A stretch of 64,000 nt of DNA, from IMG/VR virus record IMGVR_UViG_3300009466_000002; one strand, written 5' to 3'. A program made the position numbers and the translations under genes. This DNA comes from an uncultured virus (IMG/VR IMGVR_UViG_3300009466_000002). Taxonomy: Duplodnaviria; Heunggongvirae; Uroviricota; Caudoviricetes. The stretch's first letter is position 1. Every line of letters starts with the position of its first letter. Positions 34,512 through 44,700 of the stretch are shown here, in pieces. The notes beneath the pieces were generated by a model. The model did no database searches. It worked only from the letters and a program-made list of their open reading frames with translations, and was not told the DNA's origin.

Positions 34512-36107
34512 TCAGGTGGCGACTCTTATCTGAACGGGACCACTAACAACGAAATCAGACGTTCCTGATATTAGTGCGTCTGCACGAGTACTTACTCTTG
34601 TATTTGTCAGGAGTATGTCGCATTGGTAATATACTCCCCCCTTAAACTCTTTACATGTTGGACTGTCTTGCTGTAAATAGAACTTGCAGCTAGCAGCACT
34701 TCCTTGTTGAGTCAGTAGTACCAAGTGCAGTAACTCAAGTGAGCTCTGTCCAGCTGCTGCTCCGAGTTGATCCACTAAGAACTGCATCGAGCCGGCCCCG
34801 CGAACCACCGATTTCACGTTGTCACCGAATGTTTCTCCTATGGCAGTCATATCCAGATTTGAAGCATCTACATCCAATGCCCACTCCTGAAGTAATGCTT
34901 GAAATTCCCACCCTCGGTCTGAAGGTCCCAGCTTGAAACTATCGGATACTGACGTGTAGGTCCTTAGGGGTCCAGTTCCTCCCTTAATCTTTTTGGTCTT
35001 AATCGTCTCTGCAGCGTCGACGAGTGCTGTCAAATAAGACGCATCATCACTGTATCTACTAATTATGTAGTTGCCGCAATCGACATTCTTTTGTGCGTAA
35101 GCATTAGCTGGGTCTGAATTTAATGCGGCGCTTTCGGTCGCGTATAGGATGATTCTGTCAAGCTCATCCTTTCGCATGTAGCCATGATGCGTGTCTGAAT
35201 AGCCTGTAGTTGCGTTGCGATTGTAGAAATCAGTTGACAGTACAGGCGGTAGTTTCTTTATTGTTTCTATCTTGACTTCCGTTCCTGTAATGTTGTAGCT
35301 GTTCAGCTCGGTGGCGAGCGTTTGGAGCGATGCTGTGTACTCATTATTCTCGACATAGCGAGATAAAATAATGTTGCCAGTGTAAATTCGTTCTATCTCT
35401 AATTGATTGGCTCCCTGTGAAGGGCCATCATAGAACAGGACGTCGTTATTGATTCCACGCTTAATGTAGCAAGAAACTTGGGTTGTGAAGCCTGTGTCAA
35501 GGGACGAGGTATAAACTAAGTGGTTATCTGGATCTGCTGTGTTGTAGAACGGCCGATTCAGCGTCTCTTGGCCTGTGTAGAAATCTCTGCTGGGCGCCAG
35601 AACCCATGTGCTTGTACCGTCGGAGCGGACGTAAAAACTATGCCCATCAGGACTGTCTGCGTACCCATCGCCGTTTAGGTCAATAGGGAGTCCAAGGGAG
35701 CACGTCAGCCACACTCTTTCGCCATCTAGGAAGGTGGGTTCAGCAACTTCGGCCACTATCGGGGTTGCTGTGTAGTCCCAGCTCTCGCTATTAAGGAGTA
35801 TGTGTCTAGTCTTGTATATTTGACCTTGTGCTGATGTTATGTGAGTCCGAGAAGGACCAAGATCCCATTTGGAACCAAAGTAAAACCCGTGACCGTCGGG
35901 GCAGTCTGCATACCCATCGTTGTTTAAGTCGAATGGTACACCGCGATCTGCAGCGATATAGATGTGATCACCTAACCAATATCCGTTGCTGCTCAGGTTG
36001 AAGCTATTCTTGCTCGCGCTGCTATTTAATGTGCTGGAGTCCTGCACTATTGGATCGGGCCACTCTCGGCTGATCTCTAGGATTCCGCCTCGCCCTAGTA
36101 GCGCCAT
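34512..36107 (-). CDS. tail structural protein with internal duplication
   Basis: two P.DLN.DGYAD.PDGH.FY repeats; C-terminal tube-like domain. Confidence 0.75.
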   Translation of the reverse strand: MALLGRGGILEISREWPDPIVQDSSTLNSSASKNSFNLSSNGYWLGDHIYIAADRGVPFDLNNDGYADCPDGHGFYFGSKWDLGPSRTHITSAQGQIYKTRHILLNSESWDYTATPIVAEVAEPTFLDGERVWLTCSLGLPIDLNGDGYADSPDGHSFYVRSDGTSTWVLAPSRDFYTGQETLNRPFYNTADPDNHLVYTSSLDTGFTTQVSCYIKRGINNDVLFYDGPSQGANQLEIERIYTGNIILSRYVENNEYTASLQTLATELNSYNITGTEVKIETIKKLPPVLSTDFYNRNATTGYSDTHHGYMRKDELDRIILYATESAALNSDPANAYAQKNVDCGNYIISRYSDDASYLTALVDAAETIKTKKIKGGTGPLRTYTSVSDSFKLGPSDRGWEFQALLQEWALDVDASNLDMTAIGETFGDNVKSVVRGAGSMQFLVDQLGAAAGQSSLELLHLVLLTQQGSAASCKFYLQQDSPTCKEFKGGVYYQCDILLTNTRVSTRADALISGTSDFVVSGPVQIRVAT

Positions 36108-36529
36108 CAGAACGTACCGCTAGGTTTGCCTGAGATGGTAAAGCTTACTGCTATTGAAACAAGATCTCCTACAGAGACGCTTGGCCCTACTGCTGTGAAC
36201 AAGACATCGCCGGTAAATGTGCCATTGTTGTCGAGATCATCGAGTACGATCTCCACGCTCGATATCTTGCTCTCGTCACTGAGGATGGCGTTTGCCATAG
36301 CGACGGCGCTTTCGTTCTCGGGATCGTAAATGAGTGTGCCGCTTCCGGACGTGCCTCTGATTCCGTACGTATATGTACGGTCGAGTTGTCCTATCCCGGT
36401 AGTTTCTAGTGCATCTCTATTGATATCAAGTTTGATGTCTCTCAGCTTTGCAACAGTGGCGTAATCAGCTGCACTGCTTTTATCGGCTTTGAACCTAACG
36501 GCGGCGGTTGCACCTGTTTTGACAGCCAT
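36107..36529 (-). CDS. tail-tube-like minor protein
   Basis: LDINRDALETT.IG..DRTY..GIR..SGS.TL.YD. Confidence 0.7.
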   Translation of the reverse strand: MAVKTGATAAVRFKADKSSAADYATVAKLRDIKLDINRDALETTGIGQLDRTYTYGIRGTSGSGTLIYDPENESAVAMANAILSDESKISSVEIVLDDLDNNGTFTGDVLFTAVGPSVSVGDLVSIAVSFTISGKPSGTF

Positions 36530-36544
36530 GACGTTAACGTAAGC

Positions 36545-36949
36545 TCATCCGAGTCTAAGTTCGGCGATCAGGCGAAGATTGACTGATGACCGACCTGGGG
36601 CGATGCTCTCCACGCTCGGGGGCTCCTCAGCAAAGAACCATTTCATGCCGGCGCCAGTTGAGGCTGTAGAGAGCCAAGCAGTCAGGTTTGTAGACGCTCC
36701 GTTGAAGATGATGCTGGGGAGAGCGAGATCTACAGTTGCACCTTTCGCTTCGTTATAGGCAGTAAGTATTAAGGCGGCGTTGTCATCACTAATGTTCGCG
36801 AAGCCTAGTGTGAGCTGAGCTTGCGAGGGGTGGCTCCCCCAGAGGCGTCGAGTGGTGACACCTGACTGGCTAGTGGTGCCGGTGGTGGGCCACTTCGGGG
36901 CGACGAAGCTGCGGCTTGTCGGTTCGATACTGGGGAAGGTGACAGCCAT
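36545..36949 (-). CDS. distal tail (Dit/gpM-like) protein
   Basis: FP...PTSRSF...; W.F.E.P.V; position. Confidence 0.65.
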   Translation of the reverse strand: MAVTFPSIEPTSRSFVAPKWPTTGTTSQSGVTTRRLWGSHPSQAQLTLGFANISDDNAALILTAYNEAKGATVDLALPSIIFNGASTNLTAWLSTASTGAGMKWFFAEEPPSVESIAPGRSSVNLRLIAELRLG

Positions 36950-39900
36950 CAGCCTTGAATCGTCCAGTTAGCGGAGGACGTGGTGCTGCCTAGCTCGATG
37001 TTCTCGGCGAGGTCCAGCACACCGGATCCGTTGGTGGGCATATGCACCGCTTCAATCGTAAAGGTGCCGTCGTCGTTGGGCGTAATGCGTTCGATCTGGT
37101 AGGTGCGGACTTGTGTGCTCGGGATTTTGACGGTGAAGACGACGCCGGTGGGTGTGGCCTGGCTGCCGTTGGCGCTGACTGTTAGGGACGTGTCGTAGGG
37201 GGCGGTGGCGGCTTCGCCATTCCAGGCGATGACGTCGTAGGCGCCATCTGCCAAAGCTTTGGTGCTCACTAATGCGCCGCTAGGTGTGACGACACCGTTG
37301 TTGAACTGGTCATACTCGGTTTCGTCCATGGCGACGCGGATGTAATCGCTGGGGGCCATCTGGGCGAGGACGCCCTCGTGGGTTGTGGTGAAACGGATCG
37401 AGTGCGTGGGGATTCGGCGCATGCGAATGATGTACTTCGCAGCGTCGATGGCGTGTGCCGGGTTGGTGCAGTAGTCGCTCATGTCGAGGGACTGCATCGT
37501 GGCGCCCTCGGATGTGGAGGCTTCGCGAACGATTAGCTCGCGGACGACGGGGAAGAGGCCCGGGTTGCTTAGGTCTGTGGAGGCGCGCTCCTCGCGGTAG
37601 CGGACGGAGACCTGAATGGGGTCGCGGTCTTCGGGATCCAGGTACTGCAGCTGGAAGGAGCCCTCGGCGATGTTGCCGGCGGTGAAGAGGCCCTTGATCG
37701 ACACCGCGGTGGTGGGCAACGCGCGCCGCAGGAAGAACTTGCCGTCGCGCTCGCCGAAGATCAGCAGGTGGGTGGCGGCGATGTCGGCGGCCCACTGGCG
37801 CAGGTTGACGCGGTCGGCAATCACGCCGTCGTAAAAGTATTGGCTGTCCTGGCACCATTGGGCGGCCTCCTGGAAGGAGGTGAAGTCGATCATTTGATCG
37901 GTGATCAGGTTGCCCGCGCCGTAGGTGGTGTTGGTCAGTAGGTCGAGCAAGACGTCGGGGAAGAGGTGGGTTGAACCGGTGCTGTAGCCGGACTCGAGCA
38001 GGCGCCGGCAGGTTTTGCCTGCGGTGACGTAGCAGGAGAACTGGTTGAACTGCTGCCACTCGACCGAGGACATGATGTTGACCCCGAGCAGGGCCAGGTT
38101 GTCGTAGAGGGGCGCTGTGGCGTTGGGGACGATCTCGTTGATGTAGACGACCTCGTGCTCGGGGCCATTGGCGGCTGAGGACTGGATCTCCTCGTAGACG
38201 AAGGCTTCGGCGAGCTTGCCCCAGGTGTCGATGTAGGAGTAGTCGCCGTTGGCGTAGGGCGTGTCGGAGCGGGCGATGTTGAGGGAGCCTTTTGCTGCTC
38301 TGCGGCGCCCCACTGTGATGGCGAAGCTGTCTTCAGAGTGGGCGACGGAGGTGCCGGTGAAACACACCGTGACACCGCCCTCGGTGACCGTCTGAGCTGT
38401 GGTGAGTGCTGCGTCTAGTACGTAGAGCGTGCCGATGCCTCCGTTGCGTACCTCAAAACTCGAGTAGGGCTCGATCTGGAATTCCCACTGCTTCACAGAG
38501 GGCATGTCGAGCTGGATGTAGTTGAAGACGTTCTGCTGGGTGGCGCCGCGTACGCCGTAGGCGTTGCTGAGTTTGGTGAACCCACCGGTGCTGCCGGCTT
38601 CGCGGTAGTAGATGGCGAAGAAGGAGTAGCGCTCTACCGGAGCGGAGATTGTGTTCGACTGGTGGATGTCTGTTTTGAGCGTGCTGCCTTTTTCGATGAT
38701 GTCGTTCTTGTAGTCGAGGCAGGCTCGGTTGTCACACTCGTCGAAGCTCAGCGACTCTTTGAAGTTGCAGATGCCGCCGATGCGGATGCCGAGCCGAGAG
38801 CGGATGCCGAATTCGACGGCTTTGCAGGCTCGGGTTGTGGAGATGCTGGCGATGGCGCAGCGGAGGATGTGACCGTCAGTTGAAGCGACGTTGCGCCATT
38901 CGACGGAAGGGCGTGATGCGTTCCAAGTCCAGCCATCCAGTTGAGCTTGGCTCGAGCTGTTGGTGGTGACGGAGCCGGTGCGCACCGTGGTGAATGAAGC
39001 GGTGACGGAGCTGCCTGAGCCCGAGCTGATGTCTGCGTCGGACACGAAGGCTGTTTCTGTGCGCTCGGTGCAAATCGCCAGGCCAGATCCGATTTTGTAG
39101 AGCTCCCCCTCGATGAGGTTGTCGTCCCAGGTTTTCTGGCGACCAGAGACGCTGGCTGCTACGTCGTCAGCCGTCTCGATGTATGCCTTTTTGGCGTTAA
39201 ACTTGAGGTTGAAGGTTGCAGTTACATTGCTACCTGCTTCTACTTTGCCTGAGCTCGCGGTCATCTGAGGAACGCGCTTGAACTTAAATTGTGGCTTGCT
39301 AAATGTTTGTTCTGTCTCTATTCCTGAGATGCTTCCGCCTCCTCCTACGATGCTTACGTCTGTGACCTTTCCATCCCCATCTTTGCTCACACTTAGCGTT
39401 GGAGATGATATTGAGCCGCCATCCATTTTGAACTTCTGCTTTACTTTGGTTCTTACAAGGATCTGTAGGGGCAGGCGCACCACCACATCGTCTTCGGGGT
39501 CATCTGCAGAAAGGTCGTTTTTCCACTTCAGGATGAATCGGACTGCTTTGAGCGTCTGGAGATAGAGATTCAGATCCTCGTTGTCATTGTCGCTATCCTC
39601 CAGACCAGTTGTGTTAAAGGTGACGTTGACGTTGAACGAGCCTTTTCCCTTGGAATCAACGGTGATAGGGCCGGAGATGCTGGCGCTGATGCGGCCTTCA
39701 AGGTCTCCGATGATGCTCGAGTTCTCGTCCTCGGTGTCGTCGTGGTAGTGAGCAAAGCCTTTATTGATGGACTTGACGAAGGTGCCCGCCCCTTGTTTCG
39801 CCTTGGTTTCCTTTGAGAACACCCAGTCGCCTGGGGTGGTCAGGCTCTTGACGTCGCGGCTGAAAACGGTGTCTTTGTCGGTGCTGTTGTACAGCGTGTA

Positions 39901-40902
39901 GGAGGTGGTGCCACCGATGCTGCCGAGGCCGCTGCTGGTGATCGCTGCTCGCGATGAGAAGTAGGTCTGGGCCTTTTTCTTTTGGGCCCAGGAAACGTCG
40001 TCAACGGTGCATTTCACCTTGGCGTCGCCGTCATCGCCCTCGGGGATGAGCTGGGCTTGGACGATGGGCTTGATCGTGGGGTTGATGCGGAAGCCGAAGT
40101 CGTTGCCGATCAGGTTGTAGACGCCAAAGGTGGTCTGGTTGTTGGGACGGTTGGCGCTGCTGAAGCTGGCGGCTCCGTTGACCAGGAAGATGTCGCCGCT
40201 GCTGGCGGCGCCCTTGTCCGTGCTCGGGTTGCGGCCGAAAACGTAGTGCGTGGAGTTGACGCGGCTGGTGAGGCCGTGGGCTGCGGTGTAGCGGCCGTAC
40301 ACCGTCATCCGGCTGCCTGCGGCGGTCGCGCTGCCGTAGTTGTAGGAGGCGAGGGTGTTGCCGCCGGCGGCGAAGTTTTGGGTGTCGACGGCGCCGATGG
40401 GACCCTCGCCGATCAGGAAGATGGCCCGGAGCATCTGGGAGCCGCCGAGGCTGTAGATCTGGGACCAGAGCAGGGAGGTGTTGACGCGGACGCCGCCGTA
40501 GGTCACGTCGCTGAGGGTTTCGCGGAGGGCGTAGACAAGGGGGATGACGGCACCGAGGGTGGTGATGTCTTGGGCGGAATCGAAGCCGTAGCGGGGGGCG
40601 AAGCGTTCGTTCTCGGTGCGGGCGCGGCCGCCGCGGTTGCGGCTTTTGAGCTGGGCGGGGCGCGTGTCGTCGGGTTGAGGCTTAAAGAAGGACGCCGCGA
40701 TGGTTAGGCCGACGGAGATTGTCGTCAGCACCAGGGAGATGATGGCCAAGGTGCCGGCTTCGATCCCGCAGATGACCGACGGCTGGGGGCCTTCGGCGGC
40801 GCGTTTTTCGACCTCGGCTTTGAAGAGGGCGTAGTCCTCGTCGCTGATACCCAGCAGGGAGGCGAGGTAGCGGTCGGCGGGGAGGATCCGGGGGTCAGAC
40901 AT
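36949..40902 (-). CDS. central tail tip/hub protein (gpJ-like)
   Basis: 1317 aa; LG.VIPLVY, GGVRVN..LLWSQ; position after the K/L-like genes. Confidence 0.8.
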   Translation of the reverse strand: MSDPRILPADRYLASLLGISDEDYALFKAEVEKRAAEGPQPSVICGIEAGTLAIISLVLTTISVGLTIAASFFKPQPDDTRPAQLKSRNRGGRARTENERFAPRYGFDSAQDITTLGAVIPLVYALRETLSDVTYGGVRVNTSLLWSQIYSLGGSQMLRAIFLIGEGPIGAVDTQNFAAGGNTLASYNYGSATAAGSRMTVYGRYTAAHGLTSRVNSTHYVFGRNPSTDKGAASSGDIFLVNGAASFSSANRPNNQTTFGVYNLIGNDFGFRINPTIKPIVQAQLIPEGDDGDAKVKCTVDDVSWAQKKKAQTYFSSRAAITSSGLGSIGGTTSYTLYNSTDKDTVFSRDVKSLTTPGDWVFSKETKAKQGAGTFVKSINKGFAHYHDDTEDENSSIIGDLEGRISASISGPITVDSKGKGSFNVNVTFNTTGLEDSDNDNEDLNLYLQTLKAVRFILKWKNDLSADDPEDDVVVRLPLQILVRTKVKQKFKMDGGSISSPTLSVSKDGDGKVTDVSIVGGGGSISGIETEQTFSKPQFKFKRVPQMTASSGKVEAGSNVTATFNLKFNAKKAYIETADDVAASVSGRQKTWDDNLIEGELYKIGSGLAICTERTETAFVSDADISSGSGSSVTASFTTVRTGSVTTNSSSQAQLDGWTWNASRPSVEWRNVASTDGHILRCAIASISTTRACKAVEFGIRSRLGIRIGGICNFKESLSFDECDNRACLDYKNDIIEKGSTLKTDIHQSNTISAPVERYSFFAIYYREAGSTGGFTKLSNAYGVRGATQQNVFNYIQLDMPSVKQWEFQIEPYSSFEVRNGGIGTLYVLDAALTTAQTVTEGGVTVCFTGTSVAHSEDSFAITVGRRRAAKGSLNIARSDTPYANGDYSYIDTWGKLAEAFVYEEIQSSAANGPEHEVVYINEIVPNATAPLYDNLALLGVNIMSSVEWQQFNQFSCYVTAGKTCRRLLESGYSTGSTHLFPDVLLDLLTNTTYGAGNLITDQMIDFTSFQEAAQWCQDSQYFYDGVIADRVNLRQWAADIAATHLLIFGERDGKFFLRRALPTTAVSIKGLFTAGNIAEGSFQLQYLDPEDRDPIQVSVRYREERASTDLSNPGLFPVVRELIVREASTSEGATMQSLDMSDYCTNPAHAIDAAKYIIRMRRIPTHSIRFTTTHEGVLAQMAPSDYIRVAMDETEYDQFNNGVVTPSGALVSTKALADGAYDVIAWNGEAATAPYDTSLTVSANGSQATPTGVVFTVKIPSTQVRTYQIERITPNDDGTFTIEAVHMPTNGSGVLDLAENIELGSTTSSANWTIQG

Positions 40903-41279
40903 CAGACGAACTCGTAGTAGGGGAGGCGCTTCATGACGGCGAGGGGGATCCAGCAGACGCCGCGTTTGTGGTGGACCATGAGCAGGCCGTCATCGACGAC
41001 CACGCCGACACCCAGGCCGTTGGGGCCGTTGTGGAACAACGTGACCGCGTAGGGCTGTGGCTCCGGGAGTATTCGGGTGCCGGCATCCCACAACTTCTGC
41101 AGGTCACGCCAGCGCTCCGCCCTGGCCAAGTCAAGCCATTCCTGGGCAAAAGGGGGATGGTGGACGCCGGCTTCGTCGAGGACGGACCAGACCATGAGGA
41201 CGCAGTCACAGGCGACGCCGTCCTGGGGGTGGGCGCCGAAGCCGTGGGGGAGGCCGATCCAGCGCATCCAGGTCGGCAT
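40902..41279 (-). CDS. NlpC/P60-like tail assembly protein
   Basis: WIGLPH.FG.......DC motif. Confidence 0.65.
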   Translation of the reverse strand: MPTWMRWIGLPHGFGAHPQDGVACDCVLMVWSVLDEAGVHHPPFAQEWLDLARAERWRDLQKLWDAGTRILPEPQPYAVTLFHNGPNGLGVGVVVDDGLLMVHHKRGVCWIPLAVMKRLPYYEFV

Positions 41280-41758
41280 CAGCTCACTACCAAAGTTGCT
41301 GAGGTCGGGAGGGCGCCGACCAGTCGCGTGTTCAGGTAGCGGTTGGGCACCTGCTCGCGGACGGCGTCCAGGGGCGAGGTGAGTTTGAGCAGGATCTTTT
41401 CGGTGTCCATCTCGTAGCGGGCGACGCGCCAGATCTCGGTGCGGATCAAAGCGGTGTCGGCGAAGGTCTCGGGGTTGAGGGAGACGGTCTTGAGTTCGAG
41501 GAGCCAGCCGGAGTTGACGGCCTCGGCGAAGACGTTGACGGTGATGGCGTTGGTGCCGGCACCGAGGGTGGCTTCGGAGCGGTCGCCGCCTTTGCTGCCG
41601 GCGCCGGTGGAGACGGCGAAGGGGACGAATTGGTAGGTCACGCCGCCGTAGATGCGGGGCTGGTTCACCGAGAAGTTTTGGTAGGCATGCACCGGTGAGG
41701 TGGCTGTGCCGTCGCTTTGGGTGAAGCGGGCGTAGTTGACGAAGGCGAAGGTGCTCAT
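41279..41758 (-). CDS. minor tail protein (gpL-like)
   Basis: Y.F.PF...G; L.SPLDAV...VP.R.L...LVG.LP. Confidence 0.7.
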   Translation of the reverse strand: MSTFAFVNYARFTQSDGTATSPVHAYQNFSVNQPRIYGGVTYQFVPFAVSTGAGSKGGDRSEATLGAGTNAITVNVFAEAVNSGWLLELKTVSLNPETFADTALIRTEIWRVARYEMDTEKILLKLTSPLDAVREQVPNRYLNTRLVGALPTSATLVVS

Positions 41759-44700
41759 CAGTTGATACCGACCTTGCGGCGGGAGGTGACGCTGTTTTGC
41801 AGCGCTTCGAGGGTCAGGGCGCGGCCGCGCTCGGCGGCTTGGGCCATGCCGCGCTGGTGTTGCTCGGCGGTGACGTACTCGACGCCGTTGATCACCTGGG
41901 ACTCGAAGCGGACGTCGAGGGGTTTGGGGTTGTTGATGGCGGAGACGGTTTCGCGCTCAGAGCGCTCGGCCAGGACACGCTCGGTGGACTTGGTGAAGGG
42001 GATCGAGGCGCCGTAGAGGGTGGAGAAGGCGTTGGAGACGGAGGTGCTATTCCCTTGGAAGGCGTTGTTTACCGATGGGTTGTTGGCCTGTTGGAAGGGC
42101 AAGCTCATACCGTCGGCCCCGGCGTTTGAGCCTTCCCCGGAGGAGCTGCTGGTGAAAGCGAGCCTCTCGTTGGGGATGATCGTGCCGGCGCCCTCGGGGA
42201 TGAAGAGCTCGGGGCCGATCTCGCCGACGATGTAGGGGCGGCGGGCGGAGACAGGGCCGCCGGAGGCTTTTTTGCCGAGGCCGGCGATACCGCCGAAGAT
42301 GGAGCCGAGGCCACCGAGGACGCCGGCGATGCCCATGAGGGTGCCGTAGGTGCCGCCCTCGGATTCCTGCATGGATTGGATGGCGCCGGTGATGGCGAGG
42401 GCGCCGGTGGCGACGCCGACCATCGCGCCGGTGAACTTGGTGAAGTTCTCTTTGCCGGATTTGGAGGCGCTGTCGGCTTGTTGGGCGGCGCCTTTGGCGG
42501 TTTCACCTAGGGAGCTCACTGCTTCGGTGGTGGCATTGACGGCATCCGCAGCTGATCCGGCGACGGCAGCCACGCCGCCGACTGTGGCTGTGGGTGTGGC
42601 GGCCTTTGTCGCAGCGGCCTGCAGAGCAGCGGTGTTGGCCTCAATGGCCTGGGTGTTGAGGCCGAGGTTGATGTTGTTCTGCTCTTGGAGCGCCTTGGTG
42701 GGATCCTCCATGCCGAAGACGTCCTGGAGGGTCTTCACGAAGAGGTCCTCCATTGGCTTGAAGGCGGCGTCGAGCACCATGCCGGTGAGCTTGTCGGTGA
42801 TGGAGCGGGACATTTGGGCGACCGCTTCGCTTAAGTCGCCGCCGCTGAGGAAGCTTTGGGCGAGGCCCTTGTAGCCGTCAGTGACAGCGCGGGAGGCTTC
42901 GCGGATGGCGGCCATCTGGCTGACGAACTGCTTGACCTGCTCGTCCATGGCACCGAGCTCGGTGGCAGCGGAGCGGGTCTTCTCGGCGAATGCAGTGAGC
43001 TCGCGGGTGACGTCCTCGGTGGTCTTGGTGGCGTCTTGCTCGAGGCGGATGCGTTCCTCGGCGATGCGTAGTTCCGCTTCGATCCGGCGCTGCGCAGCAG
43101 CGTTGTCGCCGGTGAAGGCTTGGGCCATGGTGGCTTGGGCTTGGACGCCGGCGCGTTGGACGTCGAAGCGGATGGCACCGGTGGCGCGTTTGAGGGACTC
43201 GACGGCGTTTTGCTGTTTGGTGAGCTCGAGGTTGCGCTTGCGGGCTGCGGCCTCTTTGGCGAGGTCGTCGACGTACTTCTTCTGGCGCTCGACGAGTTGG
43301 GCGGTGAGCTTGTCGAACTCGGCCTGAGTGATCTGGTTCTTTTTGAGGCGGTCGCCTGCGGCGGTGAGGATCTGGCCGCGCTCGCGTTCGGCGATGAGCT
43401 CTTTGGACTTCTGCTCGACGGCGATGCGGATCTGCTCGGGGTCGTAGAGCTCGGCAGAGATGCCGCGGAGCGCATCGAGCGTGCCGGTGAGCTCGATGGC
43501 TTGGTTGTCGTATTCCTCGAGGGCGACCTTGGGGAACGCCGCCTTGGCGATGGCCTCGAAGGCGGCGGCGGTGCGGGCGTTGGTGAGGGCTTCTTGGAGG
43601 GCGCGGGCCCGCTCCATGGCGGAGGCGACACCACGGACGGCCTCGGCGTATTTAGCGACGGCGGGGGCGCCGATGTCGTCGAAGGAGGGTGCGGTGGGTG
43701 CAGCGAGGGGGGCTTGTCCGGCCGTGACGCTCGCCTTGGACGCGCTTTGCCCGTGGAGGAAGATGTTGCCGCTGTCGAGGGAGGTGGCCATCCAGCCACC
43801 ACCGCCGGAATCCCAGCTCGGGGTGCCGGTGCGGCGGGGGACGACGGTGCCTTCAGGGACGGCGATGTCGATGGCGCCACCACCGGAGCGGCGGGCGTGG
43901 ACGGCTTGTTCCGCGGCGAGAGCTTTCCGTAGATCGCCCTCGAGTGTCATGTTTTTGACGTCTTTGCCTGTGTTGCTGAGCTGGATGTAGGCCACGCCCA
44001 TGGCCTGCCAGGCTTTGATGATCTGGACGGCCTCGTCGATGACCTTTTGGCCGTCGCCCGCTGGGTTGCGGATGTCGAGGTGGGGACCGGTGCTGTGGCC
44101 GGTGTTGCCGACGCGGAAGCCGTCGGTGATCGCCGGACCTGTGGCACCCGCGGCTTGGCGTCTGTGGTCGGCGACGGCTTTGTCGTAGTCGCCGGCGCGT
44201 TTGCGGATTTCGGCGATCTTTTTCTCGTTCTCGAGGCGGTAGTTAGCGATTTCGCGCTCGAGGTTGGCGACTTCGATCACGATGGACTTCTTAGCGGCCT
44301 CGATGTCGAGCTCGCCGCGCTCGCGGGTGGAGAGGTAGTTGTTGAGGGACTCGAGAGCGGCGGCGGAGGCGCCTTCTTCGCCCTCGATGAGCTTGGCGTT
44401 GGCCTGCTCCATCTGGAAGATGCGGAGCTCACCGGCAGCGCGGAAAATTTCGACTTCCTTTTGGGCGAGGTTCTGGCGCTGGCGGAAGAGGTCGTTGTCA
44501 AGCTGGCGGCGGTAGTCGCCGATTTCTTTCTCGAGGTTGACGCGGTTTTGGGCTTCGAGGCGCAGATTGTCGGCTGCGGCTCTCTTGTTGACCTCCTGAG
44601 CCCACTTGGCTTTGTCGGTCTCGGCGGCCTTCTCCTGCGCGCGGCGCTTCCTTAGCACCGCGTCCGAGAACAGCTCATTCGGGCGCCTGTCTAGGAATGC

